Of a stretch of 64,000 bases of DNA, positions 45,233 through 53,499 are shown one piece after another. Both the position numbers and the translations under genes were made by a program. Under the pieces are notes generated by a model that saw only the letters and a program-made list of their open reading frames with translations, did not search any database and was not told the DNA's origin. Origin of the DNA: Fidelibacterota bacterium (GTDB taxonomy: Bacteria > Fidelibacterota > UBA2242); NCBI GenBank assembly GCA_035448825.1, contig DAOTJS010000004.1:29339-93338 (forward strand). Direction: 5' to 3'. How positions within the stretch are numbered: the stretch's first letter is position 1; each line of letters opens with the position of its first letter.

Positions 45233-45768
45233 AAAGTTCTGGAGTCTTTGTAGCTCTGGGCAGTAATTTGAATACGCGTGTAAATAATTTATCAGTGGCT
45301 CTGGAAACGCTTTCTAATAATCCTGCCATTTCCATCCGTCGTATGTCGGCCGTCTATGAAACAGCCCCTAAATATGATCAAAATCAGCCAGATTTCCTGA
45401 ATATGGTAATTGAAATTGCCACCTCATTAACGCCAATCCAGTTGCTCGATTTTTGTAAAGACACTGAAATTCGACTTGGAAGGCATTTCCCTCACTATAA
45501 GAATTCAGCGCGTGAAATTGATCTGGATATTATTTTTTTTAATGGGATTATAATCGAGAGTCCCACTTTGACAATTCCGCACCCGGGTCTCTACGAACGT
45601 AAATTTGTGCTTGTGCCACTGGCGGAAATCGCTCCGGAATTCGTTTGCCCCAAAACCGCCAAATCGGTAGAGGAATTGTTGAAAATTTGTCCGGATACAG
45701 AACAAGTTACCAGAATCGGCCAACTCGATGAAATCTTGACTTCTCCCGTTGGCAGTGGAGTTCTATGA
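45229..45768 (+). CDS. folK: 2-amino-4-hydroxy-6-hydroxymethyldihydropteridine diphosphokinase (HPPK)
   Basis: Contains FVALGSNL, REIDLDIIFF and LTIPHPGLYERKFVLVPLAEIAP. Confidence 0.9.
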   Translation: MKSSGVFVALGSNLNTRVNNLSVALETLSNNPAISIRRMSAVYETAPKYDQNQPDFLNMVIEIATSLTPIQLLDFCKDTEIRLGRHFPHYKNSAREIDLDIIFFNGIIIESPTLTIPHPGLYERKFVLVPLAEIAPEFVCPKTAKSVEELLKICPDTEQVTRIGQLDEILTSPVGSGVL

Positions 45769-46406
45769 AAAACCTTTACTTTTTGGCTATCGAAGGCGTT
45801 ATTGGAGCCGGTAAAACCAGTCTGGCACATCTAATGGCTGAAAAACTCAATGCCCGCCTGGTTCTCGAAAAATTCGAGGAAAATCCATTTCTGGAAGATT
45901 TCTACCGCGATCCGGAAAGGTATGCCTTCCAAACTCAACTCTTTTTTCTCTTGAGTCGCTACCGTCAGCAGGTAGATCTGAAACAGATTGACTTATTTGC
46001 CAACCTTTTAATTAGCGATTATACCTTCGCCAAAGATAAACTATTCGCCATCCTCAATCTCGACGAAAAAGAACTGTCTCTTTATAACTTAGTGGCTCAA
46101 CACTTGGAAAAAGACCTGCCCAAACCGGACCTGGTAGTTTATTTACAAGCCAGCACTGACCGCCTAATGGCAAATATCAAAAAGCGCGGTCGCTCTTACG
46201 AAAAATCAATAAATCGTGACTATATTGATTCCCTAAACCAGATCTACAACGAATTTTTCTTCCGCTACAAGGACAGCCCGCTAATTATTGTCAATACTAA
46301 TGAAATTGACTTTGTCAATAATGAAAACGATCTGAACGAACTGATCCGGGAAATCAAGCAACCGATTAGTGGAACGGTTTATTACAATCCGGTAAAGAAA
46401 ATTTAA
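45765..46406 (+). CDS. Deoxynucleoside kinase (dCK/dGK family)
   Basis: P-loop IEGVIGAGKTSL, ERxxF/Q motif region YAFQTQLFFLLSRY, and LID region KKRGRSYE. Confidence 0.85.
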   Translation: MKNLYFLAIEGVIGAGKTSLAHLMAEKLNARLVLEKFEENPFLEDFYRDPERYAFQTQLFFLLSRYRQQVDLKQIDLFANLLISDYTFAKDKLFAILNLDEKELSLYNLVAQHLEKDLPKPDLVVYLQASTDRLMANIKKRGRSYEKSINRDYIDSLNQIYNEFFFRYKDSPLIIVNTNEIDFVNNENDLNELIREIKQPISGTVYYNPVKKI

Positions 46407-46408
46407 TA

Positions 46409-46609
46409 ATGCTCCGACTATTATTACTTTTCCTGGTCTTTTACCTGATTTGGAAAATAGTCAAACCACGCAATTCGCGCCCACCAAAGCGGAATAACTT
46501 TAAACCTAAAAAACCAAATCCTACTCTTAACATTGATAAAAGTCAAATCGAAGATGCCAAGTTTAAAGAAATCAAAGAAGAGCCAGATACAAAATCAAAA
46601 GACCAATAA
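46409..46609 (+). CDS. Small membrane protein (DUF4834-like guess)
   Basis: 66 aa. It has one N-terminal TM helix, then a basic, low-complexity tail. It follows the dNK stop by 2 nt. Confidence 0.45.
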   Translation: MLRLLLLFLVFYLIWKIVKPRNSRPPKRNNFKPKKPNPTLNIDKSQIEDAKFKEIKEEPDTKSKDQ

Positions 46610-47249
46610 ACTGGCAAATTTGACTATATCCGTTTTCTTCTTAAACATCCTGATTATTTCAGCTGTATTGATATTAATATTTTTCATTTTTGGACAAAAT
46701 CGCGACGATAAACCTTCCGGCTGGCGCGCACTGATCGAAGAAAACTTGAATCACTATCCGGAAATGCAACCGGCAGATATATATAAATTAATCTATCAAG
46801 GGACTTTTGGCCCGGCGCATTTAGGTAGCGACTCAATCCAAATATCAAACGATCTGGAAAACGAACTGGGGAATATTGCACCGGATCCGAGCGCTCCATT
46901 ATTCGAAAATATCACTCCTTCCGGTAAATATGTTCGCCTGAATTTAAAACGCTGTAAAGCCGCGCAAATACCAACCGCAAAAATCGTCACTTCAGTCCTA
47001 AATTCGGTCTCTAAATCTCCAGATGATTCCTCAAGATTCATTCGCCGCTGGGAAATCGTCGAAAAATTAGTTGCTGACGGCTCATTACCTATTTCGCGGG
47101 CTGATTTTTTCACTTTTTCCGATAGTATTAAAAAAGCCGGTTACCCGGTAATTCATCATTCAAAGCAATATATAGAAAATTACCAACCGTCCTATCGGGT
47201 AATTGACCGCCGTTATCTTAATCTAATCAATAACACAGCATCACAATGA
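46533..47249 (+). CDS. Hypothetical membrane-anchored protein; start uncertain
   Basis: 238-aa ORF overlapping the previous ORF by 77 nt. In-frame CTG 46611 / TTG 46620 just before the TM helix (ISVFFLNILIISAVLILIFFIF) would remove the overlap. No family recognised. Confidence 0.5.
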   Translation: MIKVKSKMPSLKKSKKSQIQNQKTNKLANLTISVFFLNILIISAVLILIFFIFGQNRDDKPSGWRALIEENLNHYPEMQPADIYKLIYQGTFGPAHLGSDSIQISNDLENELGNIAPDPSAPLFENITPSGKYVRLNLKRCKAAQIPTAKIVTSVLNSVSKSPDDSSRFIRRWEIVEKLVADGSLPISRADFFTFSDSIKKAGYPVIHHSKQYIENYQPSYRVIDRRYLNLINNTASQ

Positions 47250-47334
47250 AAATGGAACTACCTTTACCTTTTTTAAGATTAATTGACGTTGATGATCTAA
47301 TTGGCGGTTTGAATCTTAAAATCTGGCCAAAGAA

Positions 47335-48240
47335 ATGAAGAAATTAATCATCACTGGCGCTAGCGGTTTTTTAGGTGGACATATTGCAAATTTAGCGGCT
47401 CATCATTTCCGAACGCTCGGATTATATTCGACTTATCCTTTTAGTTTAAAAGGAGTCGTGACTCAGCGAATCGAACTCTCCTCGCCGAGTTCGATCATCG
47501 TTGTCCTCAAACAGTTTAAGCCTGCTATTGTAATTCATAACGCCGCTTTGGCTAATCCCGACCAATGTGAAAATCAACCGGATTTTGCCAAACAAAATAA
47601 TGTTATCGCTACCGAACGCATTGCCAATTGGTGTCATAAAAATAATGCCCGTTTGATTTATGTCTCGACCGATATGGTTTTCGATGGTCAGAAAGGTAAT
47701 TATTCGGAAACCGACCGACCTAATCCGTTAAGTGTTTATGGCAAATCAAAATACGAAGCCGAAAAACTCGCGATGGCAAATAATCCCGATACGGTCGTAG
47801 CTCGTCTGGCTTTGATGTATGGTCGCGGAATTTTTCCGCGTGCTTACAATTCAGAATGGCTACTACGAGAGCTACTACAGCGCAAAAAGGAACCGAAATT
47901 ACCACCGTTGAAACTTTATAACGATCAATACCGCAGTATGCTGGTGGTCACGAATGCCGCTCAAGCATTAATCGAGCTAGCTTTATCACATTTTTGTGGA
48001 ATAATACATATCGGCGGTCCGGAACGCATCAGCCGGTTCGCTTTCGGCGAAAAACTCTGCCGCAAGCTAAACTTACCCCTGACTTTTATCCAAGCCGTTC
48101 CATACGACGAACATCAATTAACAGCGCCGCGACCACGCGATTTAAGTTTAGATATTTCGCTAGCCCGTTCATTTTTGAAAACAAAATTTTTAACGGTTGA
48201 CGATGGTCTGGATGAAATGTTAATGGACAAAAGAGACTAA
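47335..48240 (+). CDS. SDR-family NAD(P)-dependent sugar nucleotide reductase (dTDP-4-dehydrorhamnose reductase RmlD-like)
   Basis: Contains ITGASGFLGGHI and the catalytic YGKSKYEAE, with RmlD-like length. Confidence 0.75.
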   Translation: MKKLIITGASGFLGGHIANLAAHHFRTLGLYSTYPFSLKGVVTQRIELSSPSSIIVVLKQFKPAIVIHNAALANPDQCENQPDFAKQNNVIATERIANWCHKNNARLIYVSTDMVFDGQKGNYSETDRPNPLSVYGKSKYEAEKLAMANNPDTVVARLALMYGRGIFPRAYNSEWLLRELLQRKKEPKLPPLKLYNDQYRSMLVVTNAAQALIELALSHFCGIIHIGGPERISRFAFGEKLCRKLNLPLTFIQAVPYDEHQLTAPRPRDLSLDISLARSFLKTKFLTVDDGLDEMLMDKRD

Positions 48241-48250
48241 ACAGGAAATT

Positions 48251-49243
48251 ATGAATTCACCTCAAAAAGTCACCGCTTTGACTATCGGCAAGGTTTCTAT
48301 TGACCCACCGCTGATTTTAGCGCCGATGGCTGGCTATACCGACCAGGCTTTTCGCCAAATTTGTAAAGCGAATGGTGTCGGTCTGGTTTGTACCGAATTT
48401 GTTAGTAGTGACGGTCTGGTACGCAGTTCGGAAAAAACTTATGATTATTTACGTTTTTCCGACTTCGAGCGACCGATTAGTATGCAAATATTCGGCGACA
48501 ATCCCGTCGTTATGGCAGAAGCCGCCAATTTGATAGAGAATGAATTTCATCCTGACCTTATTGACATCAATGCCGGATGCTCGGTCCGCAAGGTCATTAA
48601 AAAAAACGCCGGCTCCGCACTATTGAAAAATCTTCCTTTATTGGAAAAAATTGCCCGCGCTGTCGTCGAGGCAGTATCGCTTCCGGTTACGATAAAAATG
48701 CGGAGCGGATGGGATCGCCAATCCATTATTGCCGTTGAAATTGCCCAGCGATTGGAACAGACCGGGATTAAGGCTATAACAATTCATCCGCGCACGGCTG
48801 TCGAGGGTTTCCGTAATCCGGCCAACTGGTCACTTATCAAAGAAATAAAGAAAAAGATCAGTTTACCTGTTATCGGTAACGGCGATGTCTTTACGCCCAC
48901 CGCCGCTTTACGAATGTTCACTGAAACCAATTGTGACGCGGTTATGATCGGGCGCGGGGCACTTGGAAATCCATGGATCTTCCGCCAAATTGCAGATTTA
49001 CTGGAAAATAAACCGACAATTTCCTATGATTCACCCGCTGAACGAGTTAAACTCTGCCGCCGACAACTGGAAATGGAAATCCAATATCGCGGAGAAACCG
49101 TAGCTCATAAAGAAATGAAAAAGTTCTATCGCTGGTATTTGCGCGGCTTTGGACATGTCTCCGAGATTCGGGAAAAATTGGTTCGGAGCAAAAATGCACA
49201 GGAAGCATTTAGTATTTTCGATGAATTGGCTCAAATTATTTAA
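48251..49243 (+). CDS. dusB: tRNA-dihydrouridine synthase
   Basis: Contains LAPMAGYTDQAFRQIC, DINAGC, TIHPRT and MIGRGALGNPWIF. Confidence 0.9.
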   Translation: MNSPQKVTALTIGKVSIDPPLILAPMAGYTDQAFRQICKANGVGLVCTEFVSSDGLVRSSEKTYDYLRFSDFERPISMQIFGDNPVVMAEAANLIENEFHPDLIDINAGCSVRKVIKKNAGSALLKNLPLLEKIARAVVEAVSLPVTIKMRSGWDRQSIIAVEIAQRLEQTGIKAITIHPRTAVEGFRNPANWSLIKEIKKKISLPVIGNGDVFTPTAALRMFTETNCDAVMIGRGALGNPWIFRQIADLLENKPTISYDSPAERVKLCRRQLEMEIQYRGETVAHKEMKKFYRWYLRGFGHVSEIREKLVRSKNAQEAFSIFDELAQII

Positions 49244-49247
49244 TAAG

Positions 49248-49277
49248 AAAGGTTAATGAAACCATTAACCTTTTTTT
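49248..49277. terminator. Bidirectional rho-independent terminator (dusB / M24 peptidase convergent pair)
   Basis: 11-bp stem AAAGGTTAATG (49248-49258) / CATTAACCTTT (49263-49273), then a T-run; an A-run precedes it. Confidence 0.75.
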
Positions 49278-49311
49278 CTTGAATCTAAATTTTTAAAGAC
49301 AATATTCTCTT

Positions 49312-50490
49312 TTACAATAATAACAACTGGTCTTGTTCATCACCAGCGACGATTACTTCCCGGTCTTTCGTGATGAAAACATCTATCTCCGAGCGCACCG
49401 CCATTTCGCCCGGCAGGTAAATCCCCGGTTCAATCGAAAAACAGATGCCAGGCACCAGTTCGCGCTCGTCCTTCGTTTCTAAATTGTCAATATTAACGCC
49501 ATTGCCATGCACATAATGTCCTATCGAATGTCCAGTGCGATGAACAAAATAATCACCATAACCAGCTTCATTTATTACATTTCGACAGACATCGTCAACT
49601 TGATAACCGTAGCAAGGCTGATTGTCAGCAAATTTGCGACGGATAAAATCGCGAGCTGTATTGCGAGCACACACTACGGTATTAAAAATTTCGACGTATT
49701 TAGCCGGCGGATTCTGACCGACAAATCCGCACCAGGTAATATCATAATAAATAGCCCGTTCGGTTTGCTCGCGCGCCCAGAGGTCTATCAATACCTTATC
49801 TCCCGGTTTTATTGTGTAAGCATTCTCCACCTTCGGCTCAAAATGCGGGTCGGCAGGATGATCATTGACACCTACAATCGGATGCTCGTTGTCATCTGTC
49901 AAATTTTCTTCGGCGAAACGTTTAACGATAAACTGCTGAACTTCAAATTCGGTGATGGACTTTTGTTCTTTTATTCGCGAACTGATTAAGGCAAAGGCTT
50001 CATTTTTAATTTTCTGAACTTTCTGGCCTGCTCGCAAGTGCGATTGATAGCCTTCTTCATCAATAACAGCTTCAAATATCTGCACAAGATTAGCTGAAGA
50101 AACAATTTCAACACCCATTGAGCGAATTAATTCAATCGTTCCGCCGTCAACAACCGAAACGTAAGGTATATTATTATTCGGTGAATATTGCATCGCGATT
50201 CGCCGACTGTTTTTTAATATTTCACGAAGGCTATTATGTTGCTGTTCCCAACTGCGATAGATGATTTTTTCGCCGGGAAGTGAGTCAATTTTAGATGCTT
50301 CAACCGCTGAAACAAGCTTGATTGGTTCGCCTTCTGCGGGAATGAAATAATACCAGCGCCGGGTGACGAACATATTCGGATTTAAACCGAGAATATGATA
50401 AGCCATCTTGTCACGATTATGAAAATCGTAAAAAAGCCAGCCATCAATTTTCTGTTTGCGGATTTCGCTTTGAATGTGTTCAATGTTCAT
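49312..50490 (-). CDS. M24-family metallopeptidase (Xaa-Pro aminopeptidase-like)
   Basis: Pita-bread fold metal ligands are found in VLIDLWA, HRTGHSIGHYVHG, SIEPGIY and RSEIDV. Confidence 0.85.
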   Translation of the reverse strand: MNIEHIQSEIRKQKIDGWLFYDFHNRDKMAYHILGLNPNMFVTRRWYYFIPAEGEPIKLVSAVEASKIDSLPGEKIIYRSWEQQHNSLREILKNSRRIAMQYSPNNNIPYVSVVDGGTIELIRSMGVEIVSSANLVQIFEAVIDEEGYQSHLRAGQKVQKIKNEAFALISSRIKEQKSITEFEVQQFIVKRFAEENLTDDNEHPIVGVNDHPADPHFEPKVENAYTIKPGDKVLIDLWAREQTERAIYYDITWCGFVGQNPPAKYVEIFNTVVCARNTARDFIRRKFADNQPCYGYQVDDVCRNVINEAGYGDYFVHRTGHSIGHYVHGNGVNIDNLETKDERELVPGICFSIEPGIYLPGEMAVRSEIDVFITKDREVIVAGDEQDQLLLL

Positions 50491-50501
50491 TGAAATGACC
50501 T

Positions 50502-51044
50502 TTATTTAATGATTTTAGCAATTTGCTTAAAGGCATCATTTGAGGCATCTTTTAGCATTTCAAAGAGTGCCATCTCGACGCTCGTGGGATGAACTCCATA
50601 AGCCAGCAATTTGTTTATCGTTAGTTGAGTATTTTCCGGTTTACGGCTCGCGATGCAATCGGTGACCAAGTGCACTTCAAATTTTTTATCAATTAAATCC
50701 CGACAGGTCTGGTAAACACAAATATGGGATTCAATTCCGCAAATGATAATTTGATCGCGGTTAATTTTGTGAATTTCATTCATAAAATTGTCTTCACTGC
50801 AACAACTGAATGCCATTTTTATAATCGGTGGAGTATTTGATAATAACGAGGCAATTTCAGGATGAGTTGGCCCTAACCCGGTTGGATATTGTTCAGTATA
50901 GATAATCGGAATATCCAGAATCTGCGAACCACGGACTAGTTTTTTAAGATTTTCGAGTAAGAGTGGGTAATTGTACATAACCGATAAGAGTTTCGTTTGC
51001 ACATCAATGATTACTAAAACTGATCGTTCATTTTTTAATTTCAT
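50502..51044 (-). CDS. Isochorismatase-family cysteine hydrolase
   Basis: Contains VLVIIDVQ and the catalytic Cys region IIICGIESHICV. Confidence 0.85.
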   Translation of the reverse strand: MKLKNERSVLVIIDVQTKLLSVMYNYPLLLENLKKLVRGSQILDIPIIYTEQYPTGLGPTHPEIASLLSNTPPIIKMAFSCCSEDNFMNEIHKINRDQIIICGIESHICVYQTCRDLIDKKFEVHLVTDCIASRKPENTQLTINKLLAYGVHPTSVEMALFEMLKDASNDAFKQIAKIIK

Positions 51045-51184
51045 TGTTCAATCCTTTCCTTTTGAACATTGGCTTTGGATTCATTTAATTTTGATCTAAG
51101 GTTGCGAAAATGTAAATAAAAAAGAACCCCAATCAGAAGAAAGATCAGAATTAAATTTGTTATTGATTTCCGTCTCCGACTCAT
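51041..51184 (-). CDS. Possible 47-aa single-TM micro-protein, translationally coupled (ATGA) to the isochorismatase gene
   Basis: Below the track's size cutoff. My own translation is MSRRRKSITNLILIFLLIGVLFYLHFRNLRSKLNESKANVQKERIEQ. Its TGA (51043-51041) overlaps the ATG at 51044-51042. Confidence 0.35.
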   Translation of the reverse strand: MSRRRKSITNLILIFLLIGVLFYLHFRNLRSKLNESKANVQKERIEQ

Positions 51185-51468
51185 CACTTCAATATTTCTT
51201 AGGTTAAATATGAATTATTTTAAAAAAATTAACAATAAAAATATCGTGTTTACTTAAACAATCTGAAAGTTTATGACTGATTTAGGCGCTCCATCCAACG
51301 ATCCGAAACTAATCTAACCTTATTTTGAGTGGGTCACTGACCTTAACAAGAGATTGTTTTTAAATTGAATAAAATAGAAACCACCCTAAAAAATGATAAT
51401 TGACACGCTCTAGTCGTTAAAAATCACGACAAAAATCTAATGGCCACAAATATTTTAAAAATAAAAAA

Positions 51469-51497
51469 TTGACTTTGTGATAAAACACTATTAAAAT
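51469..51497 (+). promoter_or_regulatory. Sigma-70-like promoter candidate
   Basis: TTGACT (51469-51474), 17-nt spacer, TAAAAT (51492-51497), about 40 nt upstream of ATG 51536. Confidence 0.45.
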
Positions 51498-51535
51498 TAG
51501 CAGGGTATTTTAAAAGAACTAATATGGAGGATTTT

Positions 51536-51730
51536 ATGAAGAATTTAGTGTTGATTTCAGGTGTTCTGGGGATACTGACCTTCCTTATGGGAGTTATCAC
51601 CCAATTGGTTGGCCACTCGATCCTGTTCTGTGCCGCGAGTTGGAATAGCCTGACTCAAACGATGTTACTATTCGCCATTGCCTTTGCTGTTTGGGGACAC
51701 GAGAAGTGTTGTAAAAAAGAAAAAGAATGA
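51536..51730 (+). CDS. Small two-TM membrane protein with Cys-rich basic tail
   Basis: The track ORF begins at 51524, but GGAGG at 51526-51530 fits ATG 51536 (MKNLVLISG...). It ends HEKCCKKEKE and has its own promoter-like element and a strong terminator. Confidence 0.55.
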   Translation: MKNLVLISGVLGILTFLMGVITQLVGHSILFCAASWNSLTQTMLLFAIAFAVWGHEKCCKKEKE

Positions 51731-51756
51731 ATAGTAATTAATCATCATCTTATAAA

Positions 51757-51782
51757 GTCCCGGGTCACCCGGGACTTTTTTT
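51757..51782. terminator. Rho-independent terminator (bidirectional context)
   Basis: GTCCCGGG (51757-51764), loop TCA, CCCGGGAC (51768-51775), followed by TTTTTTT (51776-51782). Confidence 0.8.
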
Positions 51783-51818
51783 ATACAGAATTATTTATTC
51801 TTTAGTTATTTAAAACGC

Positions 51819-52208
51819 TTATCTTACTTGCACCCAGACTCGGCGGTTGCGCGGTCCGTCGTATTCACAGAAAAAAATTCCCTGCCAAATGCCTAACAAC
51901 AAATTTCCATTATTCACGATCAGCTGGACACTATTGCCGGTTAAAGTTGACTTGATATGAGCGTCGGAATTGCCTTCGATATGGGCGTAATTTTCATTGT
52001 GGGGCACCAGTTTACTTAGGCGGTTGACGATATCGCTGGCGACATTTGGATCGGCATGTTCATTGATAGTTAAACCGGCAGTTGTGTGTGGACAATAGAC
52101 GACACATATTCCTTCCCGGATTCCACTGGAGCGGACAGCTTCAGCCACTTGAGCTGTAATGTCAATCAGCTCAATACGACGATTGGTTTTTAAAATAATT
52201 TCTTTCAA
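51819..52208 (-). CDS. yjbQ: YjbQ/UPF0047 family protein (secondary thiamine-phosphate synthase-like)
   Basis: 129 aa. Contains IDITAQV, CPHTTAGLTINE and HIKSTLTG. Confidence 0.85.
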   Translation of the reverse strand: MKEIILKTNRRIELIDITAQVAEAVRSSGIREGICVVYCPHTTAGLTINEHADPNVASDIVNRLSKLVPHNENYAHIEGNSDAHIKSTLTGNSVQLIVNNGNLLLGIWQGIFFCEYDGPRNRRVWVQVR

Positions 52209-52222
52209 TTTTCATTCCTATC

Positions 52223-53494
52223 TTAAGTTTTACGTTCCTTCTTACGGGCTGATGGAAAAAGTACATTATTCAATATCAGCCGATAACCTGGTGAATTTTT
52301 ATGTAATTCCAACCGGGTAGGCGGATCACCAACAAAATGTTGATAATCTTCTGGATCGTGTCCGGCAAGAAAGGTAAAAGTTCCCTTGCCATGATTGCCA
52401 TGGATATAGCGCACTTGCTCACCGTTAACAACTTCACCCATAACGACAACCGATTTTTTAATCCGATCGCGGCGAAATCCGGTTGTCTGTCCCATAAATC
52501 CTTTAATTACTCCGACATGATTTTGAGTCAACATTGTTGGCACCGGATCCCATTTCGCTGAAAATTCAAATAAGGTAAAATAATCGGCTTCGGCGCCCGG
52601 TGCCACGGCTTGAAAGCTCGGCGGAATATCAATATCTGAAAATTCATAAAGCATCGGATCCAGATACAATTTAAAATTCTCAAACGCCAGGCACTTGGAA
52701 TAATCCAACTTCTCATTGGCACGCGGATCAGCCGGATCGCCGTCATAAATTTCGGCGACAATATCTACATTCTCAGCCGCCAATGCTATATCCAGAGCAT
52801 CGGTAGCTGAACACATAGCGAATAAAAAACCGCCGTCATTGACATATTGCTTTATTGCGCGCGTCACAGCTTTCTTTTCTTCAGAAACTTTACGGAAGCC
52901 AAGTTTAGCCGCCATAGCTTCATTCTCAGCGACTTCGTTTTGATACCAGGCTTGATTACGATAACTCGCGTAAAATTTACCGTATTGTCCGGTAAAATCT
53001 TCGTGATGCAAATGAAGCCAGTCATATTCCGGCAATTTTCCCGTCAGCACTTCTTCATCCCAGAGAACATCGTAATCAATTTCGGCATAAGTCAGAGCCA
53101 AGGTGACGGCATCGTCCCAAGGTTGTTTGTTAGGTGGCGAATAAACTGCAATTTTAGCGGCTTTTTCTAATAATACAACGTCCATATTATTCTCTTCAAT
53201 CGTCGCATAAATTTGCAAGTTCTGAGCGGCATTCACTTCCTCATAGGCAACTCCCCGTAAACGGAGCTCTTTAACAATGCCCGGATAATTATCCAGAAGA
53301 AAAGAACCGCCTCGATAATTCAACAACCACTCGACATTTACTCCTTGTTTCAAACTCCAGTAAACGATGCCGTAAGCTTTCAGGTGATCGCTCTGGGTTA
53401 GATCCATCGGAATCAGAATTTTTTGGGCAAAACCGAGATTCGCCAGGATTAAAATCAGTCCAATAAATACAACTAAATGTCGGCTTCGTTTCAT
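52223..53494 (-). CDS. Secreted hypothetical protein, possible class-I glutamine-amidotransferase-like fold
   Basis: 423 aa with a signal peptide. The internal GGFLFAMCSATDALD resembles a nucleophile-elbow Cys. It is in an operon with the DUF4159-like gene. The family call is tentative. Confidence 0.45.
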   Translation of the reverse strand: MKRSRHLVVFIGLILILANLGFAQKILIPMDLTQSDHLKAYGIVYWSLKQGVNVEWLLNYRGGSFLLDNYPGIVKELRLRGVAYEEVNAAQNLQIYATIEENNMDVVLLEKAAKIAVYSPPNKQPWDDAVTLALTYAEIDYDVLWDEEVLTGKLPEYDWLHLHHEDFTGQYGKFYASYRNQAWYQNEVAENEAMAAKLGFRKVSEEKKAVTRAIKQYVNDGGFLFAMCSATDALDIALAAENVDIVAEIYDGDPADPRANEKLDYSKCLAFENFKLYLDPMLYEFSDIDIPPSFQAVAPGAEADYFTLFEFSAKWDPVPTMLTQNHVGVIKGFMGQTTGFRRDRIKKSVVVMGEVVNGEQVRYIHGNHGKGTFTFLAGHDPEDYQHFVGDPPTRLELHKNSPGYRLILNNVLFPSARKKERKT

Positions 53495-53499
53495 TCGGT

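Noticed and set aside
46533-46609. 77-nt overlap of two same-strand ORFs, considered as a possible programmed frameshift
   Set aside because: No slippery heptamer or downstream structure was seen. In-frame CTG/TTG starts just before the TM helix of the second ORF explain the overlap more simply.
49507-49989. 160-aa ORF antisense to the M24 peptidase gene, plus many similar antisense or shadow ORFs (e.g. 2134-2481, 19704-20021, 37676-37990, 58855-59244, 59072-59470, 62599-62943)
   Set aside because: They lie entirely within longer ORFs that carry clear family motifs. They have odd composition and no RBS, so they are typical shadow ORFs.
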